DNA of 64,000 nucleotides from Escherichia coli (GTDB lineage Bacteria; Pseudomonadota; Gammaproteobacteria; Enterobacterales; Enterobacteriaceae): NCBI RefSeq assembly GCF_051903065.1, contig NZ_CP178438.1; one strand, 5' to 3'. Shown piece by piece: positions 21,426 to 32,770 of this stretch (position 1 is its first letter; each line of letters starts with the position of its first letter). The notes under the pieces were generated by a model. It saw only the letters and a program-made list of their open reading frames with translations, ran no database searches and was not told where the DNA came from. The position numbers and the translations under genes were made by a program.

Positions 21426-24065
21426 ATGCTGGGTAAATATAAAGCCGTTCTCGCGCTGTTATTACTGATTATTCTTGTGCCGTTGACGCTGCTGATGACG
21501 CTCGGGCTGTGGGTTCCCACGCTGGCGGGCATCTGGCTACCGCTCGGGACACGTATTGCATTAGATGAAAGTCCACGCATTACGCGTAAAGGTTTAATCA
21601 TTCCCGATCTCCGTTATCTGGTGGGAGATTGTCAGCTTGCGCATATCACCAACGCCAGCCTTTCACATCCCAGCCGCTGGTTATTGAACGTCGGCACGGT
21701 AGAACTTGATTCTGCTTGTCTGGCGAAATTGCCGCAGACGGAGCAATCGCCAGCTGCTCCAAAAACCCTTGCGCAGTGGCAGTCCATGCTGCCTAACACC
21801 TGGATCAATATCGATAAACTGATTTTTTCTCCCTGGCAGGAATGGCAGGGAAAACTCTCTCTCGCATTAACCTCTGATATCCAGCAACTGCGTTATCAGG
21901 GCGAAAAAGTTAAATTTCAAGGCCAGCTGAAAGGGCAACAACTTACAGTCAGCGAACTGGATGTCGTCGCGTTTGAAAATCAGCCGCCGGTTAAACTGGT
22001 GGGGGAATTTACTATGCCGCTCGTGCCGGATGGACTTCCTGTAAGTGGGCATGCTACTGCGACGTTAAACTTGCCGCAGGAACCGTCACTGGTGGATGCC
22101 GAGCTGGACTGGCAGGAAAATAGCGGGCAATTGATCGTGCTGGCACGGGATAACGGCGATCCGTTGCTCGATTTGCCGTGGCGAATTACTCGTCAACAAT
22201 TGACCGTAAGCGATGGTCGCTGGAGCTGGCCGTATGTAGGTTTTCCTTTGAGTGGCCGACTGGGTGTCAAAGTCGACAACTGGCAGGCAGGGCTTGAGAA
22301 CGCTCTGGTCAGCGGACGATTGAGTGTGCTGACCCAGGGGCAAGCGGGTAAGGGCAACGCGGTGCTTAATTTTGGCCCAGGAAAATTAAGCATGGATAAC
22401 AGCCAGCTGCCTCTGCAGCTGACCGGTGAAGCGAAACAGGCGGACCTCATTTTATATGCCCGTTTACCTGCGCAGGTAAGTGGAAGTCTGTCTGACCCAA
22501 CGCTGACCTTTGAGCCAGGCGCGTTACTTCGTTCAAAGGGAAGAGTCATCGATTCGCTGGACATCGATGAAATCCGCTGGCCTTTAGCGGGTGTAAAAGT
22601 CACCCAACGTGGTGTTGACGGACGTTTGCAGGCCATTTTGCAGGCGCATGAAAATGAACTGGGCGATTTCGTGCTGCATATGGATGGGCTGGCGAATGAT
22701 TTTCTCCCTGACGCTGGCCGCTGGCAGTGGCGCTACTGGGGAAAAGGGAGTTTTACACCGATGAATGCCACCTGGGATGTCGCAGGAAAAGGTGAGTGGC
22801 ATGACAGCACGATTACGCTGACCGATCTCTCCACCGGTTTCGACCAGTTACAATACGGTACGATGACGGTAGAAAAGCCGCGATTAATTCTCGACAAGCC
22901 CGTCGTCTGGGTACGTGACGCACAGCATCCCTCCTTCAGCGGCGCGCTGTCACTGGACGCCGGGCAAACGCTGTTCACTGGCGGCAGTGTGTTACCGCCA
23001 TCAACCTTAAAATTTAGCGTCGATGGGCGCGATCCGACGTATTTCCTCTTTAAAGGCGATTTACATGCTGGTGAGATTGGCCCGGTTCGGGTAAATGGTC
23101 GCTGGGACGGTATTCGTCTGCGCGGTAATGCCTGGTGGCCTAAACAATCACTGACTGTATTCCAGCCGCTGGTGCCACCCGACTGGAAGATGAACTTACG
23201 CGATGGTGAACTGTATGCTCAGGTTGCATTTTCTGCTGCGCCTGAACAAGGATTCCGCGCGGGAGGGCACGGCGTGTTGAAAGGCGGTAGTACCTGGATG
23301 CCAGATAATCAGGTGAACGGTGTCGATTTTGTCCTGCCTTTCCGTTTTGCCGATGGAGCCTGGCATCTGGGGACTCGCGGCCCCGTTACGTTGCGAATTG
23401 CCGAAGTGATTAATCTGGTGACAGCGAAAAATATTACGGCTGATTTGCAAGGGCGTTATCCGTGGACTGAAGAAGAACCCTTGCTGTTGACTGATGTTAG
23501 CGTCGATGTGTTAGGCGGTAACGTGCTGATGAAACAATTACGTATGCCGCAACATGACCCGGCGCTGTTGCGGCTGAATAATCTCTCATCCAGCGAACTG
23601 GTTAGCGCCGTCAATCCGAAACAATTCGCCATGTCCGGGGCATTTAGTGGTGCATTGCCGTTATGGCTAAACAACGAAAAATGGATAGTGAAAGATGGTT
23701 GGCTGGCAAATAGCGGGCCAATGACCTTGCGGCTGGATAAAGACACCGCAGATGCGGTGGTGAAAGACAATATGACTGCGGGTTCAGCAATTAACTGGTT
23801 GCGCTATATGGAAATTAGCCGTTCATCGACAAATATTAATTTAGATAATCTCGGTTTATTAACCATGCAGGCCAACATTTCGGGCACCAGTCGCGTCGAT
23901 GGTAAAAGCGGTACGGTAAACCTTAATTATCACCATGAAGAGAATATTTTTACGTTATGGCGCAGTTTACGCTTTGGAGATAATCTCCAGGTATGGCTGG
24001 AGCAGAATGCCCAGCTACCGGAAACTGGCTGCCCATCAGGAAAAGAGTGTGAGGAAAAACAATGA
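21426..24065 (+). CDS. ydbH: AsmA-like large periplasm-spanning protein
   Basis: 879-aa ORF with N-terminal TM anchor; stop overlaps the ynbE start (ATGA). Confidence 0.92.
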   Translation: MLGKYKAVLALLLLIILVPLTLLMTLGLWVPTLAGIWLPLGTRIALDESPRITRKGLIIPDLRYLVGDCQLAHITNASLSHPSRWLLNVGTVELDSACLAKLPQTEQSPAAPKTLAQWQSMLPNTWINIDKLIFSPWQEWQGKLSLALTSDIQQLRYQGEKVKFQGQLKGQQLTVSELDVVAFENQPPVKLVGEFTMPLVPDGLPVSGHATATLNLPQEPSLVDAELDWQENSGQLIVLARDNGDPLLDLPWRITRQQLTVSDGRWSWPYVGFPLSGRLGVKVDNWQAGLENALVSGRLSVLTQGQAGKGNAVLNFGPGKLSMDNSQLPLQLTGEAKQADLILYARLPAQVSGSLSDPTLTFEPGALLRSKGRVIDSLDIDEIRWPLAGVKVTQRGVDGRLQAILQAHENELGDFVLHMDGLANDFLPDAGRWQWRYWGKGSFTPMNATWDVAGKGEWHDSTITLTDLSTGFDQLQYGTMTVEKPRLILDKPVVWVRDAQHPSFSGALSLDAGQTLFTGGSVLPPSTLKFSVDGRDPTYFLFKGDLHAGEIGPVRVNGRWDGIRLRGNAWWPKQSLTVFQPLVPPDWKMNLRDGELYAQVAFSAAPEQGFRAGGHGVLKGGSTWMPDNQVNGVDFVLPFRFADGAWHLGTRGPVTLRIAEVINLVTAKNITADLQGRYPWTEEEPLLLTDVSVDVLGGNVLMKQLRMPQHDPALLRLNNLSSSELVSAVNPKQFAMSGAFSGALPLWLNNEKWIVKDGWLANSGPMTLRLDKDTADAVVKDNMTAGSAINWLRYMEISRSSTNINLDNLGLLTMQANISGTSRVDGKSGTVNLNYHHEENIFTLWRSLRFGDNLQVWLEQNAQLPETGCPSGKECEEKQ

Positions 24066-24247
24066 AAATAGTGATAGCCGCGTTTGCGTCCTCTTTTATG
24101 TTGGTTGGTTGCACGCCTCGCATTGAAGTGGCTGCGCCGAAAGAGCCAATCACCATTAATATGAACGTTAAAATTGAGCATGAAATCATCATTAAAGCGG
24201 ATAAGGACGTTGAAGACCTGCTCAAAACCCGTAGCGATCTATTTTGA
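24062..24247 (+). CDS. ynbE: small lipoprotein
   Basis: 61-aa ORF with lipobox (MLVGCTPR), translationally coupled to ydbH. Confidence 0.85.
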   Translation: MKIVIAAFASSFMLVGCTPRIEVAAPKEPITINMNVKIEHEIIIKADKDVEDLLKTRSDLF

Positions 24248-24251
24248 GGTG

Positions 24252-24578
24252 ATGATGAAAAGAACATTACTCATAGCTGTATGGGCCATTGGCCTGATGA
24301 GCGACGGTGCAATGGCTTTAACCCTGAACGAAGCCAGAAGTCAGGGGCGGGTAGGTGAAACGCTTAACGGTTACCTGGTGGCGCTACAAACGGATGCCGA
24401 AACACAGGCATTAGTAAAAGATATTAATGAAGCTCGTAACCATAGTTACCAACAACTGGCAAAGCAAAATAATGTATCCACTAAAGAGATAGCCAAACTG
24501 GCTGGACAAAAGCTTGTTGCTCGCGCGAAGTCGGGGCAATATGTTCAGGGAGTTAATGGTAAATGGTTGCGCAAATAA
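24252..24578 (+). CDS. ydbL: DUF1318-type periplasmic protein
   Basis: ORF 24174-24578 trimmed to MMKRTLLIAVWAIGLMSDGAMA (108 aa) with GAGGTG Shine-Dalgarno. Confidence 0.85.
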   Translation: MMKRTLLIAVWAIGLMSDGAMALTLNEARSQGRVGETLNGYLVALQTDAETQALVKDINEARNHSYQQLAKQNNVSTKEIAKLAGQKLVARAKSGQYVQGVNGKWLRK

Positions 24579-25282
24579 ATTATAGTTGGCTACAAAATGT
24601 ATCTATTAATGATCTTTTACAGTATTTAAACTGACGTTAGCATGCTTAATTACCGTGGGTATTTCTACAAAAACCTTATATATCCTTCCCTTAAATAACA
24701 AATCATTACTAATATATATGTAATCACAAAATATATATGCAGCGTCAATGAATTATTAGTGTGTTTTTGTTTTTTGTCGTTAATTTTTAGATTGAAGTGA
24801 GTTTTTTGTGGAATATAATTCCATCAACTGTTTTTTTGTATGCTTTTACTTGCCTGATTTTAATATTGATTTTGTGAATTATATAAGCATTTCTTTATTG
24901 CTTACTTCACTATGAATATTTACTACGATTTATCTTCAAATTCTGCATGGCTTGTTACGCACGGTCTAGATCTAAGGAATTTTATATGCAAAGGAAAAAA
25001 TTATTGTCTGTTTGTGTTGCCATGGCGTTAAGTAGCCAGACATGGGCTGCGGATACTTCAATACCCGACTCAACCGAAAAAACACGTAAGTCCAGTAAGA
25101 TAACATGTCCGGCAAATATTCATTCCCTGAGCAAAGAGCAGCTAGAAAATTTATCCGCGGAGTGCAGAGAAAATAAAGATAGTGCAGTTTTACCATGGGC
25201 AGCTGCAGGTCTTGCTGCAATAGCTACGGGAATTGCTATATATACCTTAAGTGACGATGACAATCACCACCATAATAACTCC

Positions 25283-25636
25283 CCAGTTCCGGATGATGGC
25301 GGTGATACGCCTGTTCCGCCAGACGACGGCGGTGATACGCCAGTTCCGCCTGATGACGGCGGTGATACGCCGGTTCCGCCAGATGACGGCGGTGATACGC
25401 CAGTTCCGCCAGATGACGGCGGTGATACGCCAGTTCCGCCAGATGACGGCGGTGATACGCCAGTTCCGCCTGATGACGGCGGTGATACGCCGGTTCCGCC
25501 AGATGACGGCGGTGATACGCCAGTTCCGCCAGATGACGGCGGTGATACGCCGGTTCCACCAGATGATGGCGGTGATACGCCAGTTCCAGACGACGGCGGT
25601 GATACGCCAGTGCCGCCAGACGATGGTGGCGATACC
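25283..25636 (+). repeat. in-frame coding tandem repeat, 12 units of 27-30 bp encoding PVP(P)DDGGDT
   Basis: Ten 30-bp and two 27-bp near-identical units read directly; they differ mostly at synonymous third positions. Confidence 0.95.
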
Positions 25637-28600
25637 CCGGTTAAACACGATCCTGTCGTCTATAAAAATGACGTAACTTGGGATCAGGATGCAAAAACTG
25701 TCAAAATTCGCGAAACTACCTTTACCTACAGCCAAAATGCCGATGGGAGCTACACCTTAACGGCGCCTGAGGGCAAGGAGACGATAGTTAAGTCCTGGAC
25801 AGTCCATGACGACAGCAACACCGTTGTCTTTGATGGCGTAAATACCTCAGGTGGCATCACCTGGAGTTACGACGATGATGGACTCATCCACATCACTAAA
25901 GAGGCCGGCGTCGTTGTTGACGGCACAACCGGGAATGCGATTGAGTTTGGTAACGCGATCATCACCGATCAGGGCGGCAACACGGCGCTGAATGGCGGTA
26001 CTGTCATGACGGTTGATGGTGACAACATCAACCTCAACAACGACGGCAAAACGACGGCCATCGGAGAAGGCTCGGTTGTCGGTATACTCACCGGCGACAA
26101 TATCACCATTAACAATAATGGCGAGACGGAAGTTGATGGCGGTACCGCGGTAATCATCAATGGCGATAATACCAAGCTAAACACTGCGGGTGACTCGACC
26201 ATCACCAATGGCGGTACGGGTAGCCTTATCAATGGCGATAATGCGCGGGTTGATAATAAAGGTACTATGACCGTTGACGGTGCGAATTCCACTGGCTCGA
26301 AAGTTGTCGGTGACGATGCCATCATCAAACAGGAAGGCGACTTATACGTTAGCGGCGGTGCGCACGGTATTGACGTTGACGGCAACAACACGTTCGTCAG
26401 CAACAAAGGCAATATTACGGTCGTCGAGGAAAACTCTATCGGCATGCTGCTTGATGGTGATGGTGTCAGCGTGATCAACATGGGTGACCTCAATATTGGT
26501 CAGGCCGCTACAGGTGAAAATGCAATCGGCATTCAGATCGACGGTAATAATGCGACATTTGTTAACGTTGGTGATATTACCGCGACCAACGCCGGAACCG
26601 GTATCAGCGTTGCAGGCGATAAAGCCAATATTTCACTTGCGGGCGGGTTAGACGTTGGGGATTTCTCCACCGGTCTTGATGTCTCTGGTGATAATAACAA
26701 CATGACGCTGTCGACTTATGGGCTGAATGTGACAGGGCAAGAAGCGACAGGTGTTAATGTTTCGGGTGATGGTAATACTATCGAAATAGCGGGCAGTATT
26801 CTGGTTGATAAAGATCAGAAAGCTGATAATGCGCAGCCTTACTTCTTTAATCCCTCAACCGGGGTAAATATCAGCGGTGACAACAACGACGTCACGCTGG
26901 ATGGTCAGTTAACCGTTGTTGCTGATAGTGAAACCACGTCGCGTTCCTATGCGAGTTACGACGGTGCTCAGGAACACATTGCGGGTATTGTTATTGCTGG
27001 CGATGACAATACCTTTACGCTTAATGGCGGTGTTCATTTTGTCGGTGAAAAAAATGTCATGGATGATGGCTCAAAACCTGCCGCATCTCGTCGTGGTATC
27101 GGAGACACACCGCTTATTAACGTTGATGGGCATTCCTCGGTCTACCTGAATGGTGAGTCAACCATCAGCGGCGAGTTCCCGCTGGGGTTCGAAAATCTCA
27201 TTCAGTTGAGCCATGGCGCGGAGCTGGAGATTGGAGCTGACGCAACGTTTGATATGAGTGATGTGGATTCTTTCACTTATTATTATCGTGTAGCGTTATC
27301 CACCATTAGTATTGATTCTGGTGCGAAGGCGACAAACAACGGTGAAGTGGAACTGAAAAATATCGGTTTTGCGGCTGCCTGGAATAAAGATTCAACGGTA
27401 ATCAATAACGGATCCATTGGCCTGGCGATGTACGATTTTGGTACCGACCCGGCACCAAAAGTCTTTGACGTTGAATACGGTGGGATTGGCGTTAACAATG
27501 GTACCATGACCACCAAAATGATGAATCAGCACAGTGTGCTGAATTATCCGGCAGAGTGGAACTTGTCTGATGGTACCTCTTTCAATAACAAGGCATTAGG
27601 GCTGACAGGTATGCTTGCCAGCTACTCGTCATCCATTCTGAACGGCGAAACGGGCATTATTGATATGTATGGCCGTGGCAGTGTAGGGATGCTAGCCATC
27701 GATAAATCAACCGCGGATAACGAAGGGCAAATCACCCTGGATACGCTGTGGGTTGATGAAAATGATGAAACATCGCTGCGTAATAATGTTGCAAATAGCA
27801 CGGCGAAAGATTTCGGTGTGGGAATGGCTTCAGGTACCGATGCCTATAATGGGGCATTAACTAAAGCCACGGCAACCAACCACGAGAATGGTGTGATTAC
27901 TGTCTACAACGCCGGTGCGGGGATGGCGGCGTATGGGAATACTAATACGGTCATTAACCAGGGAACCATCAACCTGGAGAAAAATGAAAATTACAACGAT
28001 TCTCTCGGTGTGAATAAACTCGTCGGCATGGCGGTTTATCACGAAGGCACCGCCATTAATGACCAGACAGGCGTAATCAACATTAACGCGGAAAATGGTC
28101 AGGCATTCTATAACGATGGCACTGGGCTTATTATCAACTATGGCACAATTTGTACCTTTGGCGTTTGCCAGGAGGCCGATGAATATAATCCAACGGATAA
28201 TTATATTGCCGATTTATATGATGATGGCGATGTATTAAGTTCTGCGGGTGAGACCGTATTATTATCGTCAGGTGCGATTATCAACGGGGATGTCACCAGT
28301 GCGGGTGCTGTTAAAAATGGAACGATCAGGATACTCGAAAATGGTGCGCTGGTTAACGAGTCGAGCGGAACCATTAGCTCAGCCATCGTCGTGAATGAAG
28401 GCGGTGCGTTAACCAATGAAGGTGTATTGAACACGGTGACTCTGGAAGGAGGAACCTTCAATAACAACGGAACGCTTAATGACGTCGTAAAAATTGAGAA
28501 AAACAGCAACGCGGTAATTAATAACACCGGTTCCCTGTCAACTTTACAACTTCACGATGGTACGGTGAATAACAGCGGTATTGCGTCGGCGCGCGTTAAC

Positions 28601-28729
28601 GCTCAGGGCGATGCGGTATTCAATAACCTTGCAGGCGGCGAGGCGCGTAAAGGCGCGATTCTCTATAACTCTGCGGTAGTGAATAACGCGGGTACCTGGA
28701 AAATGGGTTATCAGGATGAAAACAACAAT

Positions 28730-28738
28730 GCCGGGACG
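28730..28738. repeat. IS1 target-site duplication, left copy (GCCGGGACG)
   Basis: 9-bp direct repeat flanking the IS1 end. Confidence 0.9.
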
Positions 28739-28753
28739 GGTAATGACTCCAAC

Positions 28754-29257
28754 TTATTGATAGTGTTTTATGTTCAGATAATGCCCGATGACTTTGTCAT
28801 GCAGCTCCACCGATTTTGAGAACGACAGCGACTTCCGTCCCAGCCGTGCCAGGTGCTGCCTCAGATTCAGGTTATGCCGCTCAATTCGCTGCGTATATCG
28901 CTTGCTGATTACGTGCAGCTTTCCCTTCAGGCGGGATTCATACAGCGGACAGCCATCCGTCATCCATATCACCACGTCAAAGGGTGACAGCAGGCTCATA
29001 AGACGCCCCAGCGTCGCCATAGTGCGTTCACCGAATACGTGCGCAACAACCGTCTTCCGGAGCCTGTCATACGCGTAAAACAGCCAGCGCTGGCGCGATT
29101 TAGCCCCGACATAGCCCCACTGTTCGTCCATTTCCGCGCAGACGATGACGTCACTGCCCGGCTGTATGCGCGAGGTTACCGACTGCGGCCTGAGTTTTTT
29201 AAGTGACGTAAAATCGTGTTGAGGCCAACGCCCATAATGCGGGCTGTTGCCCGGCAT
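28754..29257 (-). CDS. insB: IS1 transposase InsB
   Basis: 167-aa [61 protein letters not shown]. Confidence 0.95.
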
Positions 29258-29451
29258 CCAACGCCATTCATGGCCATATCAATGATTTTCTGGTGCGTAC
29301 CGGGTTGAGAAGCGGTGTAAGTGAACTGCAGTTGCCATGTTTTACGGCAGTGAGAGCAGAGATAGCGCTGATGTCCGGCGGTGCTTTTGCCGTTACGCAC
29401 CACCCCGTCAGTAGCTGAACAGGAGGGACAGCTGATAGAAACAGAAGCCAC
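29176..29451 (-). CDS. insA: IS1 InsA (zinc finger and HTH)
   Basis: 91-aa [43 protein letters not shown]. Confidence 0.95.
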
Positions 29452-29506
29452 TGGAGCACCTCAAAAACACCATCATACACTAAATCAGTAAGTTGGCAGC
29501 ATCACC

Positions 29507-29515
29507 GCCGGGACG
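29507..29515. repeat. IS1 target-site duplication, right copy (GCCGGGACG)
   Basis: Identical to 28730-28738. Confidence 0.9.
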
Positions 29516-31647
29516 CTGGATATTGACGATAAGTCAACGTTCAACAACAGCGGCAAACTCATCCTTGATAACAGCAAAAACGCCATTCGCTTCCAGGGCA
29601 GCAATGCTAACGCCACGTTATATAACACCGGTGAAATGACGCTGGATGCCGCATTAGGTGCGGGCGCTATTCACTACGACGATGGCGCCAGCCAGTTTAT
29701 TAACAAGGGCGTGGTGGATGCGAAAGTCACCGTGGCGGTAAGTACTGCCGGTGCGACAGAAAGCGATGCCTTCTTGTGGAACCAGGATGGCGGGGTCATC
29801 AACTTCGATAAAGATAACGCCAGCGCGGTTAAGTTCACCCACAGCAACTATGTTGCGCTGAACGATGGCGTAATGAACATCAGCGGCAACAATGCCGTGG
29901 CGATGGAAGGCGATAAAAACGCACAACTGGTTAACAACGGTGTTATCAATCTCGGCACCGAAGGCACCACCGATACCGGGTTGACTGGTATGCAACTGGA
30001 TGCCAACGCTACCGCAGACGCGGTGATTGAGAACAATGGCACGATTAATATCTATGCTAACGATTCGTTTGCATTCAGTGTATTGGGAACACAAGGCCAT
30101 ATCGTTAACAATGGTACGGTGGTGATTGCCGATGGCGTGACCGGTTCGGGGTTGATTAAGCAGGGCGACAGCGTGAATGTGGAAGGGGTGAACGGCAACA
30201 GCGGTAACAATACCGAAGTGCATTACACCGACTACACGTTGCCGGACATGCCAAGCTCTTACACCACTTCACCTTTCAGTGAAACGACTGATAGCGGTAG
30301 TAGCGATGGCAGCAGTAACAATCTTAACGGCTATATCGTCGGTACCAACGTTGATGGCAGCGCCGGTAAACTGAAGGTCAACAACGCCAGCATGAATGGT
30401 GTCGGGATCAACACCGGTTTCGCCGCCGGTACGGCAGACACCACGGTCAGTTTCGACAACGTGGTGGAAGGCATCAACCTGACCGACGCCGATGCCATCA
30501 CCTCAACGTCCGTGGTATGGACCGCCAAAGGCAGCACCGATGCCAGCGGCAACGTTGACGTCATCATGAGCAAAAACGCCTACACCGATGTGGCGACCGA
30601 TGCTTCGGTGAACGATGTGGCGAAGGCACTGGATGCGGGTTACACCAATAACGAGCTGTATACCAGCCTGAACGTGGGCACCACTGCTGAACTGAATAGC
30701 GCCCTGAAGCAGGTGAGCGGTAGCCAGGCGACCACGGTATTCCGTGAAGCGCGTGTGTTAAGCAACCGCTTCAGCATGCTGGCGGATGCCGCGCCGAAGG
30801 TGGGTAACGGTCTGGCGTTCAACGTTGTTGCGAAAGGCGATCCACGTGCCGAGTTAGGTAATAATACCGAATACGACATGCTGGCATTGCGTAAAACCAT
30901 CGACCTGAGCGAAAGCCAGACGATGAGTCTGGAGTACGGTATCGCTCGTCTCGATGGTGATGGTGCGCAGAAAGCGGGTGATAATGGCGTCACAGGTGGT
31001 TATAGCCAGTTCTTTGGCCTGAAACATCAGATGTCCTTCGACAACGGCATGAATTGGAATAACGCATTGCGTTATGACGTTCACAACCTTGACAGTAGCC
31101 GTTCGATTGCATTTAGCAACACAAACAAAACGGCTGATACCGACGTGAAGCAGCAGTACCTGGAGTTCCGCAGCGAAGGGGCGAAGACTTTCGAACCGAG
31201 CGAAGGACTGAAGGTTACGCCATATGCGGGTGTAAAACTGCGTCACACACTGGAAGGCGGCTATCAGGAGCGCAATGCCGGAGACTTTAACCTGAATATG
31301 AACAGTGGCAGCGAAACGGCGGTGGACAGCATCGTCGGGTTGAAACTGGATTACGCAGGGAAAGGCGGCTGGAGCGCGAATGCGACGCTGGAAGGCGGGC
31401 CGAACCTGAGCTACAGCAAGAGCCAGCGCACGGCAAGCCTTGCAGGGGCAGGCAGCCAGCACTTTAACGTCGATGACGGTCAGAAGGGCGGCGGTATCAA
31501 CAGCCTGGCGAGCGTCGGCGTGAAGTACAGTAGCAAAGAAAGTTCGCTGAATCTGGATGCGTATCACTGGAAAGAGGACGGCATCAGCGACAAAGGCGTG
31601 ATGCTGAACTTTAAGAAAACGTTCTAATTTTTAGCATGTGATACACA

Positions 31648-31680
31648 AACCGCAACGCTGATACAGGTTGCGGTTTTTTA
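31648..31680 (+). terminator. intrinsic terminator after ydbA, followed by a REP-like fragment
   Basis: Hairpin AACCGCAAC-gctgatacag-GTTGCGGTT then T6; GCCGGATGCGACGC begins at 31683. Confidence 0.7.
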
Positions 31681-31846
31681 TTGCCGGATGCGACGCTTGA
31701 CTTATCTTTTGCTGTCTAATGTTTTGGTGTCTTTCAGTACAATAGTGCTACTCATCCAGAAATCTTGTTTACGCCTTCGCATTATTTATCTCTTTTCGTT
31801 TCTATACTGATTTTTCTTAATCCGTTTTATTACAGGGCAGGGTGCG

Positions 31847-32707
31847 ATGAGCAGCAATACATTTACTCTCGGTACAAAATCCGTTAACCGTCTTGGTTAT
31901 GGCGCGATGCAACTGGCAGGTCCTGGGGTTTTTGGCCCCCCAAGAGATCGCCACGTCGCTATAACCGTGCTGCGTGAGGCGCTGGCATTGGGCGTCAATC
32001 ACATTGATACCAGCGACTTTTATGGTCCGCACGTCACCAATCAGATTATCCGCGAAGCGCTTTATCCTTACTCTGACGATCTGACAATTGTCACTAAAAT
32101 TGGTGCGCGGCGTGGAGAGGACGCATCCTGGTTGCCCGCATTTTCTCCGGCAGAGCTGCAAAAAGCGGTGCACGATAATCTACGTAATCTCGGCCTGGAC
32201 GTACTGGATGTGGTTAACCTGCGCGTGATGATGGGGGATGGTCATGGCCCGGCGGAAGGATCGATTGAAGCCAGCCTGACCGTGCTGGCAGAGATGCAAC
32301 AACAAGGCCTGGTAAAACATATTGGCCTAAGCAACGTCACACCGACGCAGGTTGCAGAGGCGCGCAAGATTGCCGAAATCGTCTGTGTGCAGAACGAATA
32401 CAACATTGCTCATCGTGCTGATGACGCAATGATTGAAGCTTTGGCTCGTGACGGCATTGCCTACGTGCCGTTCTTTCCGCTCGGGGGCTTTACGCCGCTG
32501 CAATCTTCCACGCTTTCCGATGTTGCTGCGAGCCTGGGTGCAACACCAATGCAGGTGGCGCTGGCGTGGCTGTTACAACGTTCACCGAATATTTTGCTGA
32601 TCCCAGGGACGTCTTCTGTTGCGCATTTACGGGAGAATATGGCTGCTGAAAAATTGCATCTTTCTGAGGAAGTGTTGTCTACGTTGGATGGTATTTCGCG
32701 AGAATAA
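31847..32707 (+). CDS. ydbC: aldo-keto reductase family oxidoreductase
   Basis: 286-aa ORF with typical AKR N-terminus (GYGAMQLAGPGVFG...INHIDTSDFYG). Confidence 0.9.
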   Translation: MSSNTFTLGTKSVNRLGYGAMQLAGPGVFGPPRDRHVAITVLREALALGVNHIDTSDFYGPHVTNQIIREALYPYSDDLTIVTKIGARRGEDASWLPAFSPAELQKAVHDNLRNLGLDVLDVVNLRVMMGDGHGPAEGSIEASLTVLAEMQQQGLVKHIGLSNVTPTQVAEARKIAEIVCVQNEYNIAHRADDAMIEALARDGIAYVPFFPLGGFTPLQSSTLSDVAASLGATPMQVALAWLLQRSPNILLIPGTSSVAHLRENMAAEKLHLSEEVLSTLDGISRE

Positions 32708-32717
32708 CGAATATACA

Positions 32718-32753
32718 AAAGGGAAAGATGCATTTCCCTTTTGTTTCTTTTTT
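32718..32753 (+). terminator. intrinsic terminator after ydbC
   Basis: Hairpin AAAGGGAAA-gatgcat-TTCCCTTT followed by TGTTTCTTTTTT. Confidence 0.7.
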
Positions 32754-32770
32754 AATGGCATGGAGTGCAT

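Larger units (their letters stand above)
28739..29506 (-). mobile_element. complete IS1 (768 bp)
   Basis: Termini GGTAATGACTCCAACTTATTGATAGTG ... CAGTAAGTTGGCAGCATCACC, with insA and insB and the A6C frameshift window (GAGTTTTTTAA, about 29190-29200). Confidence 0.97.
24986..31627 (+). pseudogene. ydbA: large autotransporter adhesin, split by an IS1 insertion
   Basis: Signal peptide MQRKKLLSVCVAMALSSQTWA, a PVPPDDGGDT repeat block, a long Gly/Asn/Thr-rich beta-helical passenger, and a C-terminal beta-barrel ending ...GVMLNFKKTF (29507-31627); both parts share one frame once the 777-bp IS1 plus duplication is removed. Confidence 0.9.

Noticed and set aside
25283-25636. Regularly spaced 30-bp repeats considered as a CRISPR array
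   Set aside because: Units are directly adjacent with no spacers, lie in-frame inside a CDS, encode a peptide repeat, and no cas genes are nearby.
25236-25735. Two minus-strand ORFs (107 and 162 aa) and a plus-strand 141-aa ORF with repetitive YHRRHLAE / WRNWRITAVI sequence
   Set aside because: Alternative-frame translations of the 30-bp ydbA tandem repeat; repeats keep any frame open. The plus-strand ydbA frame has the signal peptide and continues into the passenger domain.
30854-31567. 237-aa minus-strand ORF
   Set aside because: Antisense to the ydbA beta-barrel domain.
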